A stretch of DNA of 64,000 nt, taken from IMG/VR virus record IMGVR_UViG_3300042881_004206; one strand, written 5' to 3'. Below the pieces are notes generated by a model. The model was not told the origin of the DNA, did no database searches, and was given only the letters and a program-made list of their open reading frames with translations. Of the stretch, positions 1-9,333 are shown piece after piece. Source of the stretch: a virus. Lineage: Duplodnaviria; Caudoviricetes. The translations under genes were made by a program, and so were the position numbers. Every line of letters begins with the position of its first letter. Position 1 is the first letter of the stretch.

Positions 1-430
1 TGAAAACAGTTGATCCTTTTGAATCGTAAAAACTCACATAAGCGTTAAGATAGTCAATTCGACCATCGTCCCAACCATTACCGTTTTTCGCTGTGAAACT
101 AAAATTATAACCATTTACACGCAATCCTGTTCCTGAATTTGGAAGAAGACTGGATATAAGTTGCATCTGATATAAATTTGTAGTACCATATGAAAAATTT
201 ATATTATTGCCTGGTCGGACAATAGCATTTGGACCACAATATCCGGGATCACCCGAAGCCCAACAAGTCAAACTATCCTGATAAACACCATTGACCCATG
301 GTGTTGTGTTTGTACCAGAAACAGTCGGTTGCACCACATTTCCTGTGGTGTAAACTTGAGTTGGATCAAGTGTTTGAGCGGTTGCAATTGATGATAAAAA
401 AACCATCAAAGCAAAAAAGAGATTTTTCAT
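1..430 (-). CDS. Secreted/exported protein, N-terminal part (runs off window start)
   Basis: Manual translation from ATG 430, which overlaps the upstream TGA: MKNLFFALMVFLSSIATAQTLDPTQVYTTGNVVQPTVSGTNTTPWVNGVYQDSLTCWASGDPG...; signal-peptide-like N-terminus; not in ORF track because truncated. Confidence 0.75.
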   Translation of the reverse strand, partial: MKNLFFALMVFLSSIATAQTLDPTQVYTTGNVVQPTVSGTNTTPWVNGVYQDSLTCWASGDPGYCGPNAIVRPGNNINFSYGTTNLYQMQLISSLLPNSGTGLRVNGYNFSFTAKNGNGWDDGRIDYLNAYVSFYDSKGSTVF

Positions 431-1689
431 TCTCTTATAGCTTTAGGAATTTTGTCCGGATTTGCAGCCCAAGCGACTTTAGCTTGTTCACCAATCAAAC
501 CTTCATATGGGCAAGGTGTACCGGCTGCCATCATGGCATCAAATACTCTACGATCCTGACACATCGTGGCAACTGCGGCAACTTTCATACCCATGTCAAA
601 TAGTGTTTTGGAAAGTTTTAATCTTTCGCAATTTTGGTCACGCATTGTACCACCAAAACTTAAACCAAAAACTTGAGTTTGTGTAGCACCAGAAACACCA
701 GTCACGCAAAGGTCTGAGCCCATACTCATCATTGCAGGTGCGATTGCTGTTGGTGGAGGTTGAACAACTTTTTGTGTGACGGTACTTTCATTGATATTGC
801 GATTGGTCATTTCACCTGACTGAATGTTTTGATTAACATTTGTTGCAGTTGATGTGTTATTATTTTGGTTTACATTTGTACTTGTTGTTTGATTTACATT
901 ATTATTGTTATAAGTCATTGTTCCAGAATTGATATTCTGATTGACATTTGTACTTTGACTATTGTTTACATTTAAATTTGTATTTCTACTTGTGCTTGTT
1001 GAAGTATTAACATTATTATTGTTATTTGTCATTGTACCAGTATTTTCATTTCTATTAATGTTGGTGCTTGTGCTGACATTATTGTTGTTATATGTCATTG
1101 TACCAGAATTAATGTTATGGTTCGTATTTGTTGAAGTGCTGGTACTTACATTGTTGTTATTGAATGTTTGTGTGCCACTATTAATATTATAATTTGTATT
1201 TGAATTTGTTGATGAGGATGTATTGGTGTTTACATTGTTGTTATTGTTTGTAACTGTTCCACTTTGTACATTATTGTTTGTGTAAGTAACAGAACCGCTC
1301 ATCACATTGTTGTTATTGTTTGTGATAGTGCCATTTGTGGTATTTTGATTGATGTTTGTAACTGTTCCACTTTGCACATTGTTATTATTGTTATTGTAAG
1401 TCACAGTACCGCTGTTCACATTATTGTTTGTGTTGACATTGGTGCTGTTGACGGTACTTGTACTGGTGGTCGTGCTTGTACTGGTACTATTATTGTTTGT
1501 GGTAACGGTACTTGTGCTATTTGAAGTGGAGTTGGTATCCACTAATGTCTTTGAATCATAACTACCTTGATTAATAGGTGTAGTTGTGCTTGTTGTTGTT
1601 CCACCGGTTGTACTCTGCGTACTTGTTGTTTGCGCAAATGCTGTACCCATAACAAAAAGTAAGGCTAAAGCCAACTTTTTGAAGTTCAT
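427..1689 (-). CDS. Secreted Asn/Thr-rich repeat protein with Cys-containing C-terminal domain
   Basis: ORF 427..1833; start re-called at ATG 1689 (AAGGA RBS; MNFKKLALALLFVMGTAFA signal peptide); about 280 aa of N/T/S repeats; C-terminal CVTGVSG..CERLKLSK..MCQD..GTPCP domain. Confidence 0.8.
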   Translation of the reverse strand: MNFKKLALALLFVMGTAFAQTTSTQSTTGGTTTSTTTPINQGSYDSKTLVDTNSTSNSTSTVTTNNNSTSTSTTTSTSTVNSTNVNTNNNVNSGTVTYNNNNNNVQSGTVTNINQNTTNGTITNNNNNVMSGSVTYTNNNVQSGTVTNNNNNVNTNTSSSTNSNTNYNINSGTQTFNNNNVSTSTSTNTNHNINSGTMTYNNNNVSTSTNINRNENTGTMTNNNNNVNTSTSTSRNTNLNVNNSQSTNVNQNINSGTMTYNNNNVNQTTSTNVNQNNNTSTATNVNQNIQSGEMTNRNINESTVTQKVVQPPPTAIAPAMMSMGSDLCVTGVSGATQTQVFGLSFGGTMRDQNCERLKLSKTLFDMGMKVAAVATMCQDRRVFDAMMAAGTPCPYEGLIGEQAKVAWAANPDKIPKAIRE

Positions 1690-1747
1690 TTGATTTCCTT
1701 TTAATTTTGTTATGAAAAAAAACATTGGTAAATGTTTCAGGGACATA

Positions 1748-1776
1748 TTGCATGTCCGAACAAAATCATATATAAT
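1748..1776 (+). promoter_or_regulatory. sigma70-type promoter for tRNA and replication operon
   Basis: TTGCAT-17 nt-TATAAT; the -35 lies inside the inverted repeat GGACAT-N5-ATGTCC (1741-1757). Confidence 0.6.
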
Positions 1777-1787
1777 TGTATCACTCT

Positions 1788-1795
1788 TATTTATG
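1788..1795 (-). promoter_or_regulatory. T4-type late promoter (CATAAATA)
   Basis: Minus-strand CATAAATA about 100 nt upstream of ATG 1689; T4 late consensus is TATAAATA. Confidence 0.5.
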
Positions 1796-1872
1796 CGGGT
1801 AGACAGGTGAAGGGGCCACCAACAGCCTTCCAAGCTGAAGATCGCGGAGTTCGACTCTCCCTACCCGCTCCA
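1795..1872 (+). tRNA. tRNA-Gly(UCC) with encoded CCA and atypical 8/4 acceptor/T-arm
   Basis: GCGGGTAG/CTACCCGC acceptor stem, GGTG/CACC D stem, CAGC-CTTCCAA-GCTG anticodon arm, GGAG-TTCGACT-CTCC T arm, discriminator T, 3' CCA. Confidence 0.9.
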
Positions 1873-1893
1873 CTTTTATTGGGAATTTAAATT

Positions 1894-2199
1894 ATGGATA
1901 TAATTGTATTGAAATTAATTACCGGCGAAGAAATCCTAGGTGAAATAGAATCCGAATCGGAAACCGAATTTGTCTTAGTCAATCCAGTAGGAATTGCAGT
2001 TGTTCGTGGCCAGGACGGTGCTCCCAATGTAGGTTTTGCACCATTTCCTATTCATGCCGAACAAAAAAGAGGTTCGACTATTGCCTTGGTGAAGAAACAT
2101 ATTGTATACTCATATGTTCCTGCCGAAGATTTTATCAATAATTATAATCAAATATTCGGTTCTGGAATTATTGTTCCCAACAAACAGCTTATTACATGA
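1894..2199 (+). CDS. Conserved hypothetical protein upstream of polymerase (possible Sm-like beta fold)
   Basis: KLITGEE..G..LVNP motif; stop overlaps polymerase start. Confidence 0.6.
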   Translation: MDIIVLKLITGEEILGEIESESETEFVLVNPVGIAVVRGQDGAPNVGFAPFPIHAEQKRGSTIALVKKHIVYSYVPAEDFINNYNQIFGSGIIVPNKQLIT

Positions 2200-4742
2200 G
2201 TTTTTATACAAACGTACAATCTATCGGTGGTAAAATCCTTTACCGTGGTGTAATCGGCGGTAAAAGAGTCAAACAAAAAATTGATTATACACCATCACTT
2301 TACATTCCCTCCAAGAAAGTAACCAATTACAAAACACTGGATGGAAAATATCTCGACAAAAAAGTTTTCGATAGTATTCATGAAGCGAGAGAATACACCA
2401 AACAATTTGATGGTTTAGTGAATGCCACCAAAATCTATGGTAATACCAGATATGAATATGCTTTCATAGCAGATCAACACCCCGAAATGGTCGAGTGGGA
2501 CCAAGATTTGATTTCTATTGCCGTAGTTGATATTGAAGTTGGTTCCGAAAATGGTTTTCCAGATCCTTACGAAGCAAACGAACCAATCACCGCAATCACC
2601 ATAACCTATCTGAATGGGTATACTTATGTCTATGGATGTGGTGATTACAACAACTATGATGATAATGTTTCTTATGTGAAATGTAAGGACGAATGGACAC
2701 TTTGCAAGAGATTCCTTGAAGATTGGATGAACAAATGTCCAGATGTTATCACCGGTTGGAACACCAAGTTTTTTGATATTCCATATCTAATTAATCGATT
2801 CAACCGCATTCTCGGTGAAGATTATGCAAAGAAACTTTCTCCTTGGAATATGATCTCTGAGAGAAATACTGTAATCAATGGTCGACAAATGAAAGCATAT
2901 GAAATTGTCGGTGTTGGTTCTCTTGATTACATTGAACTCTACAAATGGTATGCGCCAGGTGGTAAATCACAAGAATCTTATCGATTGGATAATATTGCAA
3001 ATGTCGAGCTCGGTGAAGGTAAGATTTCGTATGATGAATATGACAACCTGCATCAACTTTACAAACTGAACTATCAGAAATTTATTGAGTATAACATCAA
3101 AGACGTACAACTGATTCTAAAACTTGAAGATAAACTGAAGTTGTTAGAGTTGGCCTTAACTCTTGCGTATGATACCAAGTCAAATTATGAAGACGTTTTT
3201 GCGCAAACAAGAATGTGGGATTCTCTTACATATTCCTATTTGTTGCAACAAAATATTGTTGTTCCTCCGAAAGAAGTAAAAGAGAAAGACTCTGCTTTTG
3301 AAGGTGCTTATGTTAAAGTACCACAAGTTGGAATGCATGAATGGGTGGCCTCTTTCGATCTGAACAGTCTGTATCCGCATCTCATGATGCAGTATAATAT
3401 TTCTCCAGAAACTCTGATCGAACCGGAAAATTATACAGAAGAAATGCGAAATATCATTTCTCAAGGTATCAGTGTTGATAAGTTGTTGGCCAAAAAAGCT
3501 GATTTGTCAAAATTGACTGGTGCAACAATTACACCAAATGGACAATTCTTTCGCACAGATATTCAAGGTTTCTTACCCAAGATGTTGGAAGAAATGTATG
3601 AAGATCGCAAGAAATTCAAGAAGATGATGATTTCTGCAAAACAGGAATATCAGAAAGAAAAAGATCCAAAAGTAAGAAATGAACTTGAAAAGAAGATTGC
3701 ACGATATAATAATCTTCAGTTAGCAAAAAAAGTTTCATTGAACTCTGCTTATGGTGCTCTTGGTTCACAGTATTTCCGATTTTATGATTTGCGAATGGCT
3801 CTTGGTGTAACAACTGCTGGTCAATTGTCAATTCGTTGGATTGAAGCGAAGATTAATGATTATATGAACAAACTTCTGAAGACGGAAGCTGATTATGTTA
3901 TTGCATCGGACACCGATTCAATTTATCTCCGTTTGGGTGATCTGGTCAACAAAGTTTACGGATCAGATGGAAAAGTTTCGATGCCCAAACAAAAAGTTAT
4001 TGACTTCATGGATCGTGTTTGTGAGGACAAGATTCAACCATATATCGATAATTCATACGAAGAATTGGCAAATTATGTTAATGCATATGACCAGAAGATG
4101 CAAATGAAACGAGAAGCCCTGGCCGACAAAGGAGTTTGGACAGCCAAGAAAAGATATATTCTGAATGTATACAACAATGAAGGTGTCGCATACGATGAAC
4201 CATACATGAAAGTTATGGGTCTAGAAATGATTAAGTCTTCCACACCTTCTGCAATTCGCGAAAAAATGAGTCAAACAATTGAATTGATGATGCGTGGTAC
4301 CGAATCTGAAGTACAAGACTTTATTCAGAAATTCAAGGAAGAATTTAAAAGATTACCACCAGAAGAAATTTCTTTTCCTCGTGGTTTGAATGGACTCAAA
4401 ACTTATTCAGATTCGGTAAATCTATACACCAAAGGAACACCGATTCATGTGAAGGGTGCAATTCTATATAATCATTATCTGAAAGAGATGAAATTAACAA
4501 AGAAATATCCTCTCATTCAAGAAGGTGAAAAAATCAAATTCACATATCTAAAAATGCCCAATCATTTCAAAGATATGGTAATTTCTTATCCTGGTAGATT
4601 ACCAAAAGAATTTGGTCTTGACAAATATATTGATTATGATGTACAATTTGAAAAATCGTTTTTGGAACCGATTAGAGTAATTCTTGATTGTATGAATTGG
4701 TCTGCGGAGAAAACAAATTCGATTGAAGATTTCTTTTCATAA
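2196..4742 (+). CDS. 43: DNA polymerase family B (T4 gp43-like)
   Basis: Exo I DIEV, region II SFDLNSLYP, region III KVSLNSAYG, region I ASDTDS, KKRY. Confidence 0.98.
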   Translation: MSFYTNVQSIGGKILYRGVIGGKRVKQKIDYTPSLYIPSKKVTNYKTLDGKYLDKKVFDSIHEAREYTKQFDGLVNATKIYGNTRYEYAFIADQHPEMVEWDQDLISIAVVDIEVGSENGFPDPYEANEPITAITITYLNGYTYVYGCGDYNNYDDNVSYVKCKDEWTLCKRFLEDWMNKCPDVITGWNTKFFDIPYLINRFNRILGEDYAKKLSPWNMISERNTVINGRQMKAYEIVGVGSLDYIELYKWYAPGGKSQESYRLDNIANVELGEGKISYDEYDNLHQLYKLNYQKFIEYNIKDVQLILKLEDKLKLLELALTLAYDTKSNYEDVFAQTRMWDSLTYSYLLQQNIVVPPKEVKEKDSAFEGAYVKVPQVGMHEWVASFDLNSLYPHLMMQYNISPETLIEPENYTEEMRNIISQGISVDKLLAKKADLSKLTGATITPNGQFFRTDIQGFLPKMLEEMYEDRKKFKKMMISAKQEYQKEKDPKVRNELEKKIARYNNLQLAKKVSLNSAYGALGSQYFRFYDLRMALGVTTAGQLSIRWIEAKINDYMNKLLKTEADYVIASDTDSIYLRLGDLVNKVYGSDGKVSMPKQKVIDFMDRVCEDKIQPYIDNSYEELANYVNAYDQKMQMKREALADKGVWTAKKRYILNVYNNEGVAYDEPYMKVMGLEMIKSSTPSAIREKMSQTIELMMRGTESEVQDFIQKFKEEFKRLPPEEISFPRGLNGLKTYSDSVNLYTKGTPIHVKGAILYNHYLKEMKLTKKYPLIQEGEKIKFTYLKMPNHFKDMVISYPGRLPKEFGLDKYIDYDVQFEKSFLEPIRVILDCMNWSAEKTNSIEDFFS

Positions 4743-4751
4743 GGATTAAAC

Positions 4752-5801
4752 ATGAGCATTCTAGATAAAATTAAAAAGAATAGTAGTATCAAAGATTCAG
4801 CTATTCTGTCTCAATCGAAGTTTTTCAATGAGAAAGATATGATTCCTACTCCTGTGCCCATTGTAAATGTGGCACTTTCTGGTCGATTGAGTGGTGGATT
4901 GACACCAGGACTGACCATGTGGGCGGGACCATCAAAGCACTTCAAGACTGCATTTAGTCTGTTGATGGCAAAATCTTACTTGGAGAAATATGATGATGCC
5001 GCTCTACTATTTTATGATAGTGAATTTGGTACTCCTCAGTCTTACTTTGATTCATTTGGTATCGATACCAATCGTGTTTTGCATACACCAATCACCGATA
5101 TAGAACAACTGAAGTTTGATATTATGAATCAATTAACAAACCTAGAACGGGGAGACAGGTTAATTATTGTTGTGGATTCTATTGGTAATCTTGCATCAAA
5201 GAAAGAAGTCGAAGATGCTTTGGAACAAAAATCTGTTGCGGATATGTCTAGAGCAAAACAAGTTAAAAGTTTATTCCGTATGGTAACACCACACCTTTCT
5301 TTAAAGGATATTCCAATGATTGTTGTGAACCATACATACAAAGAAATCGGTATGTTTCCGAAAGATATTGTCGGTGGTGGAACAGGTTCTTACTATTCTG
5401 CTGATAATATTTTTATTATTGGTCGACAACAAGAAAAAGAAGGTACAGAAATTACCGGTTACAACTTTATTATCAATGTAGAAAAATCACGTTATGTAAA
5501 AGAGAAATCAAAGATACCTGTTTCTGTCTCATTTGAGGGTGGTATTAGTAAATGGTCCGGTTTACTTGACCTCGCACTTGAATCTGGTCATGTCGTAAAA
5601 CCAACCAATGGTTGGTATGCAAAAGTTAATCAAGAGACCGGAGAAGTTGGTGAAAAACACCGAATTAAAGATACTGAAACTAAAGAATTTTGGTTGCCAG
5701 TACTAAGTGATAAATCCTTCCACGAATTTGTAGAAAGTAAATATCGAGTCGCTTCCACAGATATTCTGCGACCAGAAGAAGTGGAGGAAGAAAATGATTG
5801 A
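4752..5801 (+). CDS. uvsX: RecA-like recombinase UvsX
   Basis: AGPSKHFKT Walker A, YDSEFG, DSIGN..SKKE, GGTG motifs. Confidence 0.96.
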   Translation: MSILDKIKKNSSIKDSAILSQSKFFNEKDMIPTPVPIVNVALSGRLSGGLTPGLTMWAGPSKHFKTAFSLLMAKSYLEKYDDAALLFYDSEFGTPQSYFDSFGIDTNRVLHTPITDIEQLKFDIMNQLTNLERGDRLIIVVDSIGNLASKKEVEDALEQKSVADMSRAKQVKSLFRMVTPHLSLKDIPMIVVNHTYKEIGMFPKDIVGGGTGSYYSADNIFIIGRQQEKEGTEITGYNFIINVEKSRYVKEKSKIPVSVSFEGGISKWSGLLDLALESGHVVKPTNGWYAKVNQETGEVGEKHRIKDTETKEFWLPVLSDKSFHEFVESKYRVASTDILRPEEVEEEND

Positions 5802-6117
5802 AGGTATAGACTACTGTTTCATTTATCCGAAAAATGATAGTTCGTTGGTACACATAAAGCTACTGGAAGGTCCTTATAAAGATACTGTTTTTAAATACGG
5901 TAAAGTTAAATTTAAGGAAGAAAACGATTCCGTATATTTACTTTTCGCGTATGATGTGATAGAATCAACAAACGCGAAACCATCAAAGATGGAAAAAGAT
6001 GAGAAGTTCAAAAACTACATAGGCGACCTTCTCGTAGAGCTCATGTCATCCAATATTGAACAGGAAATTATTGATGAAACTGGAACAGACGATACTGAAA
6101 AACCTAGTTTACAATGA
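5794..6117 (+). CDS. Hypothetical protein in the T4 gene 40 position
   Basis: 107-aa ORF between uvsX and 41, overlapping both. Confidence 0.6.
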   Translation: MIEGIDYCFIYPKNDSSLVHIKLLEGPYKDTVFKYGKVKFKEENDSVYLLFAYDVIESTNAKPSKMEKDEKFKNYIGDLLVELMSSNIEQEIIDETGTDDTEKPSLQ

Positions 6118-7471
6118 AGAATATTTACGGAAAGTCCTACCTTTTCTAAAAGAAGAATATTTTACCGATAGAACAGATAAAACTATATTCAATGAAATTT
6201 CATCGTTCGTACAGACTTACAATAACACGCCATCGATTGAAGCAATTGAATTGGCCGTCAAAGAGAGGCGTAATCTCACAAATGATGAAGTGGAGAGATG
6301 TGAATCTTATCTTAAAGAAATTGAAAAGACTGCATCAGAAAAATCCCAGGTTCAATGGCTTGTTGACAAGACAGAAAAGTTTTGTCAGGAAAAAGCTATC
6401 TACAATGCAGTATTGGGGTCTATTTCTATTCTCGATGGAAAAGACAAAACAAACGACAAAGGTTCGATTCCCAAGATACTATCGGACGCCTTAGCAGTAA
6501 GTTTCGACAATTCAGTTGGCCACGATTATTTGGAGAATTCAGATGAACGATATGACTTCTACCACAGAAAAGAAGAAAGAATCCCATTTGACCTGGAATA
6601 CTTCAACAAGATTACAAAAGGTGGTCTTCCTGCCAAAACTCTTAATGTTGCTCTTGCTGGTACCGGTGTGGGCAAGTCTCTCTTTATGTGTCATGTTGCC
6701 GCTTCGTGTCTATCTTTGGGTAAAAATGTACTTTATATCACCCTTGAGATGGCTGAAGAAAAAATTGCAGAACGTATTGACGCGAATCTTTTGAATGTCA
6801 CAGTTGATGAATTGATTGAACTACCAAAAGATTTATATGATAAAAAAATTAATCGAATCAAAGATAAAGTTGTTGGTAAATTAATCATCAAAGAGTACCC
6901 AACAGCATCAGCATCAGTTACACACTTCAGAACACTTTTGAATGAACTTAATCTAAAAAAGTCTTTTGTACCAGATATTATCTTTGTCGATTATCTTAAC
7001 ATCTGTTGTTCTTCCCGTATTAAACCAGGTTCAAATATTAATTCATACACATATGTTAAATCGATTGCTGAAGAACTTAGAGGTCTAGCAGTTGAGTTCA
7101 ATGTTCCTATTGTATCTGCTACACAAACTACACGATCAGGATTTACAAGTAGTGATCCTGGTTTGGAAGATACATCAGAATCGTTTGGTCTTCCAGCAAC
7201 TGCTGATATGATGTTTGCTTTAGTTTCGTCAGAGGAATTGGAAGAACTTGGGCAAATTATGGTCAAACAATTGAAGAATCGTTATTCAGATCCAACACAA
7301 TTCAAAAGATTTGCTCTAGGTATTGACAGGTCTAAAATGAGATTATATGATGTTGAACAATCAGCACAAAATGGTTTGGCGGATGCTGGAATTACCGATA
7401 AACCATTAAACACATTTGGTGACCGAGAAAGAAACACAAAGAAGGACAAGTTCAGTGCATTTAAAGTTTGA
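6074..7471 (+). CDS. 41: Replicative DnaB-like helicase gp41
   Basis: AGTGVGKS Walker A, ITLEMAEE, VDYLN, SATQTTRSG, KQLKNRY; start re-called at ATG 6074. Confidence 0.97.
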   Translation: MKLEQTILKNLVYNEEYLRKVLPFLKEEYFTDRTDKTIFNEISSFVQTYNNTPSIEAIELAVKERRNLTNDEVERCESYLKEIEKTASEKSQVQWLVDKTEKFCQEKAIYNAVLGSISILDGKDKTNDKGSIPKILSDALAVSFDNSVGHDYLENSDERYDFYHRKEERIPFDLEYFNKITKGGLPAKTLNVALAGTGVGKSLFMCHVAASCLSLGKNVLYITLEMAEEKIAERIDANLLNVTVDELIELPKDLYDKKINRIKDKVVGKLIIKEYPTASASVTHFRTLLNELNLKKSFVPDIIFVDYLNICCSSRIKPGSNINSYTYVKSIAEELRGLAVEFNVPIVSATQTTRSGFTSSDPGLEDTSESFGLPATADMMFALVSSEELEELGQIMVKQLKNRYSDPTQFKRFALGIDRSKMRLYDVEQSAQNGLADAGITDKPLNTFGDRERNTKKDKFSAFKV

Positions 7472-8561
7472 TGACGCTTTATATTGTGCCAAAGTTTTTG
7501 AAAATTATTTTGGTAATTTTAATCGCATCGATGAATACATGAAGGATCAAAAGTTGGCATCTCTATCGGAGATACCGACTAATCCACTTTTTCCGATTGA
7601 AGATGATTTGTTTTCAAATTTTGCGATTCATCCATCAGATATGAATTTTGAAGTGTGTGAAATTGCACAAGATACATGGGAAACATTACTCAATATCACA
7701 TCATCACATATTAATGTTGCGCCAGTTGGTCGACAGATTCGTTTGGCTGTCAGAGAAACAAATACAAATAAATTTGTTGGTTTTCTTCGACTCGGTTCAC
7801 CCGTTATTAACATGAAGCCGAGAAACGAAATGCTCGGTCAGGTTTTTACACAACAACCAGAATGGGCAAAACAATTCAATGATTCTGCCATGATGGGTTT
7901 TGTAATTGTTCCTTCACAACCATTCGGTTATAATTATCTTGGTGGTAAACTTCTTGCACTTATTTGCACTTCACATGAAGTACGCGAAATCATTAACAAG
8001 AAGTATGGAATGAATTTTTGTTTGTTTGAAACCACAAGTCTCTATGGTAGTTCTAAGACAGTATCACAATATGATGGTTTGAAACCATATATTCGTTATA
8101 AAGGATTGACTGATTCAGATTTTGTGCCGTTGATGCACGGAAAGCCATACGAAGATTTGAGAAATTTTGTGGAAGACAAGATTGGTGATATTGTGGATCC
8201 GGATGCTTCCAGTAAGAAGCTAAAAACTACCATGAGAATTATTGCTCTCACCAAATCAGCACTCAAAGGTACTTCTGAAGGCGGCTCATTCCAAGCAACG
8301 ATTGAGAAGGCTAAGGGGTTGACAGAACAGAAAAGATATTATATCAGTGACTATGGTTATAAAAATATGGTGGATTATGTTAACTGTAAGTCGGACATGC
8401 TTATTCCTGGCGAAAACTATGAAAAACATCATTTGGTAAATTTGATTGGATGGTGGCGAAATAAAGCATCGAATCGATACGACACATTGAAATCGGAAGG
8501 CCGTTTACGCAATGAACTTGAAGTGTGGACCTCAGGAAAAGATATTCAGATAATTAGATAA
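7455..8561 (+). CDS. DUF4338/DruA/Mom-like GNAT-fold protein
   Basis: VGRQIRLAV..G..RLGSP, PSQPFGYNYLGGKLLAL, ETTSLYG motifs; probable GTG start at 7455 after AAGGA. Confidence 0.65.
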   Translation: MHLKFDDALYCAKVFENYFGNFNRIDEYMKDQKLASLSEIPTNPLFPIEDDLFSNFAIHPSDMNFEVCEIAQDTWETLLNITSSHINVAPVGRQIRLAVRETNTNKFVGFLRLGSPVINMKPRNEMLGQVFTQQPEWAKQFNDSAMMGFVIVPSQPFGYNYLGGKLLALICTSHEVREIINKKYGMNFCLFETTSLYGSSKTVSQYDGLKPYIRYKGLTDSDFVPLMHGKPYEDLRNFVEDKIGDIVDPDASSKKLKTTMRIIALTKSALKGTSEGGSFQATIEKAKGLTEQKRYYISDYGYKNMVDYVNCKSDMLIPGENYEKHHLVNLIGWWRNKASNRYDTLKSEGRLRNELEVWTSGKDIQIIR

Positions 8562-8564
8562 ATA
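8557..8564 (+). promoter_or_regulatory. T4-type late promoter (GATAAATA)
   Basis: ATAAATA core 18 nt before ATG 8583. Confidence 0.45.
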
Positions 8565-8582
8565 TTTTTATTTGGGGTTCAA

Positions 8583-9332
8583 ATGGCTGCACAACAAGGT
8601 TTTCAATATGAAATTAATGCTGCAAATGTTCTAAAGCCTTTGGGTTTAGTGCCTAAATCTTTTGTTCCTGCTGGAGCTGGTCATGATCAACCAGATTTAA
8701 TGTTAGAACATAAAAAGGTAAAAGCTGGTTGTGAGTTAAAAATAACAGCAGCATCAGCTGGTTCTTTGGTTTTAAAATATGATACCGGCGATAAACGAAA
8801 TCCATGGAAGTTTGGTGATATCGGTGAAGATGATGCTGAAAAAACATTTATCAAAGACTTAGCAGAAGAAGTTGGATTATTCGATATTATCAAAAAAGAG
8901 TGGAAAGAAATGCCTTTCAAACGAGAGAAAGATGATCTCTGGAAAGCTACGGCAGGTAAATTAACAAAAAAACAACAATACGAAAGAGACAGAGATACAT
9001 TTCCTGATATACGAGGAGAAATCCCTGCTTCAAAAATAGAACAATACTATAATAGAAAAAATACTTACTATGTAAATGTGGGCACTCATGGTTTTTTTCT
9101 AATGGGAAAGAAAAATCCATTGAAACTAAAAGGAGTACCCCTTTTTGGACAATCAGCTAAAGCTACTTACAGAGCAAGAGTTCAATATAAAGGAAGTGAT
9201 AATTATCAATTCACTTTTGAAATGCAATTTTCAATACCAGCAAGTAAGAAGTCACCATTCAATATTGCTCCAGTCGATGGAAAAACTGTTGCAATAAAAA
9301 AAGAACTTTTAAACTTAAATTGCTTCATGTAA
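8583..9332 (+). CDS. PD-(D/E)xK restriction-endonuclease-like protein
   Basis: GFQYE helix, then PDL and CELK catalytic-type motifs. Confidence 0.6.
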   Translation: MAAQQGFQYEINAANVLKPLGLVPKSFVPAGAGHDQPDLMLEHKKVKAGCELKITAASAGSLVLKYDTGDKRNPWKFGDIGEDDAEKTFIKDLAEEVGLFDIIKKEWKEMPFKREKDDLWKATAGKLTKKQQYERDRDTFPDIRGEIPASKIEQYYNRKNTYYVNVGTHGFFLMGKKNPLKLKGVPLFGQSAKATYRARVQYKGSDNYQFTFEMQFSIPASKKSPFNIAPVDGKTVAIKKELLNLNCFM

Positions 9333-9333
9333 T

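Noticed and set aside
298-1753. ORF-track entries 298..603, 962..1192, 1264..1524 and 1571..1753
   Set aside because: Shadow frames of the low-complexity Asn/Thr gene; the hydrophobic look comes from antisense reading of AAT/ACA repeats
1690-1833. N-terminal extension of ORF 427..1833
   Set aside because: Overlaps the tRNA and promoters; ATG 1689 has a good RBS and begins a signal peptide
7416-7454. ORF-track start of the DUF4338-like gene at 7416
   Set aside because: Lies well inside the helicase; GTG 7455 has an AAGGA RBS at normal spacing
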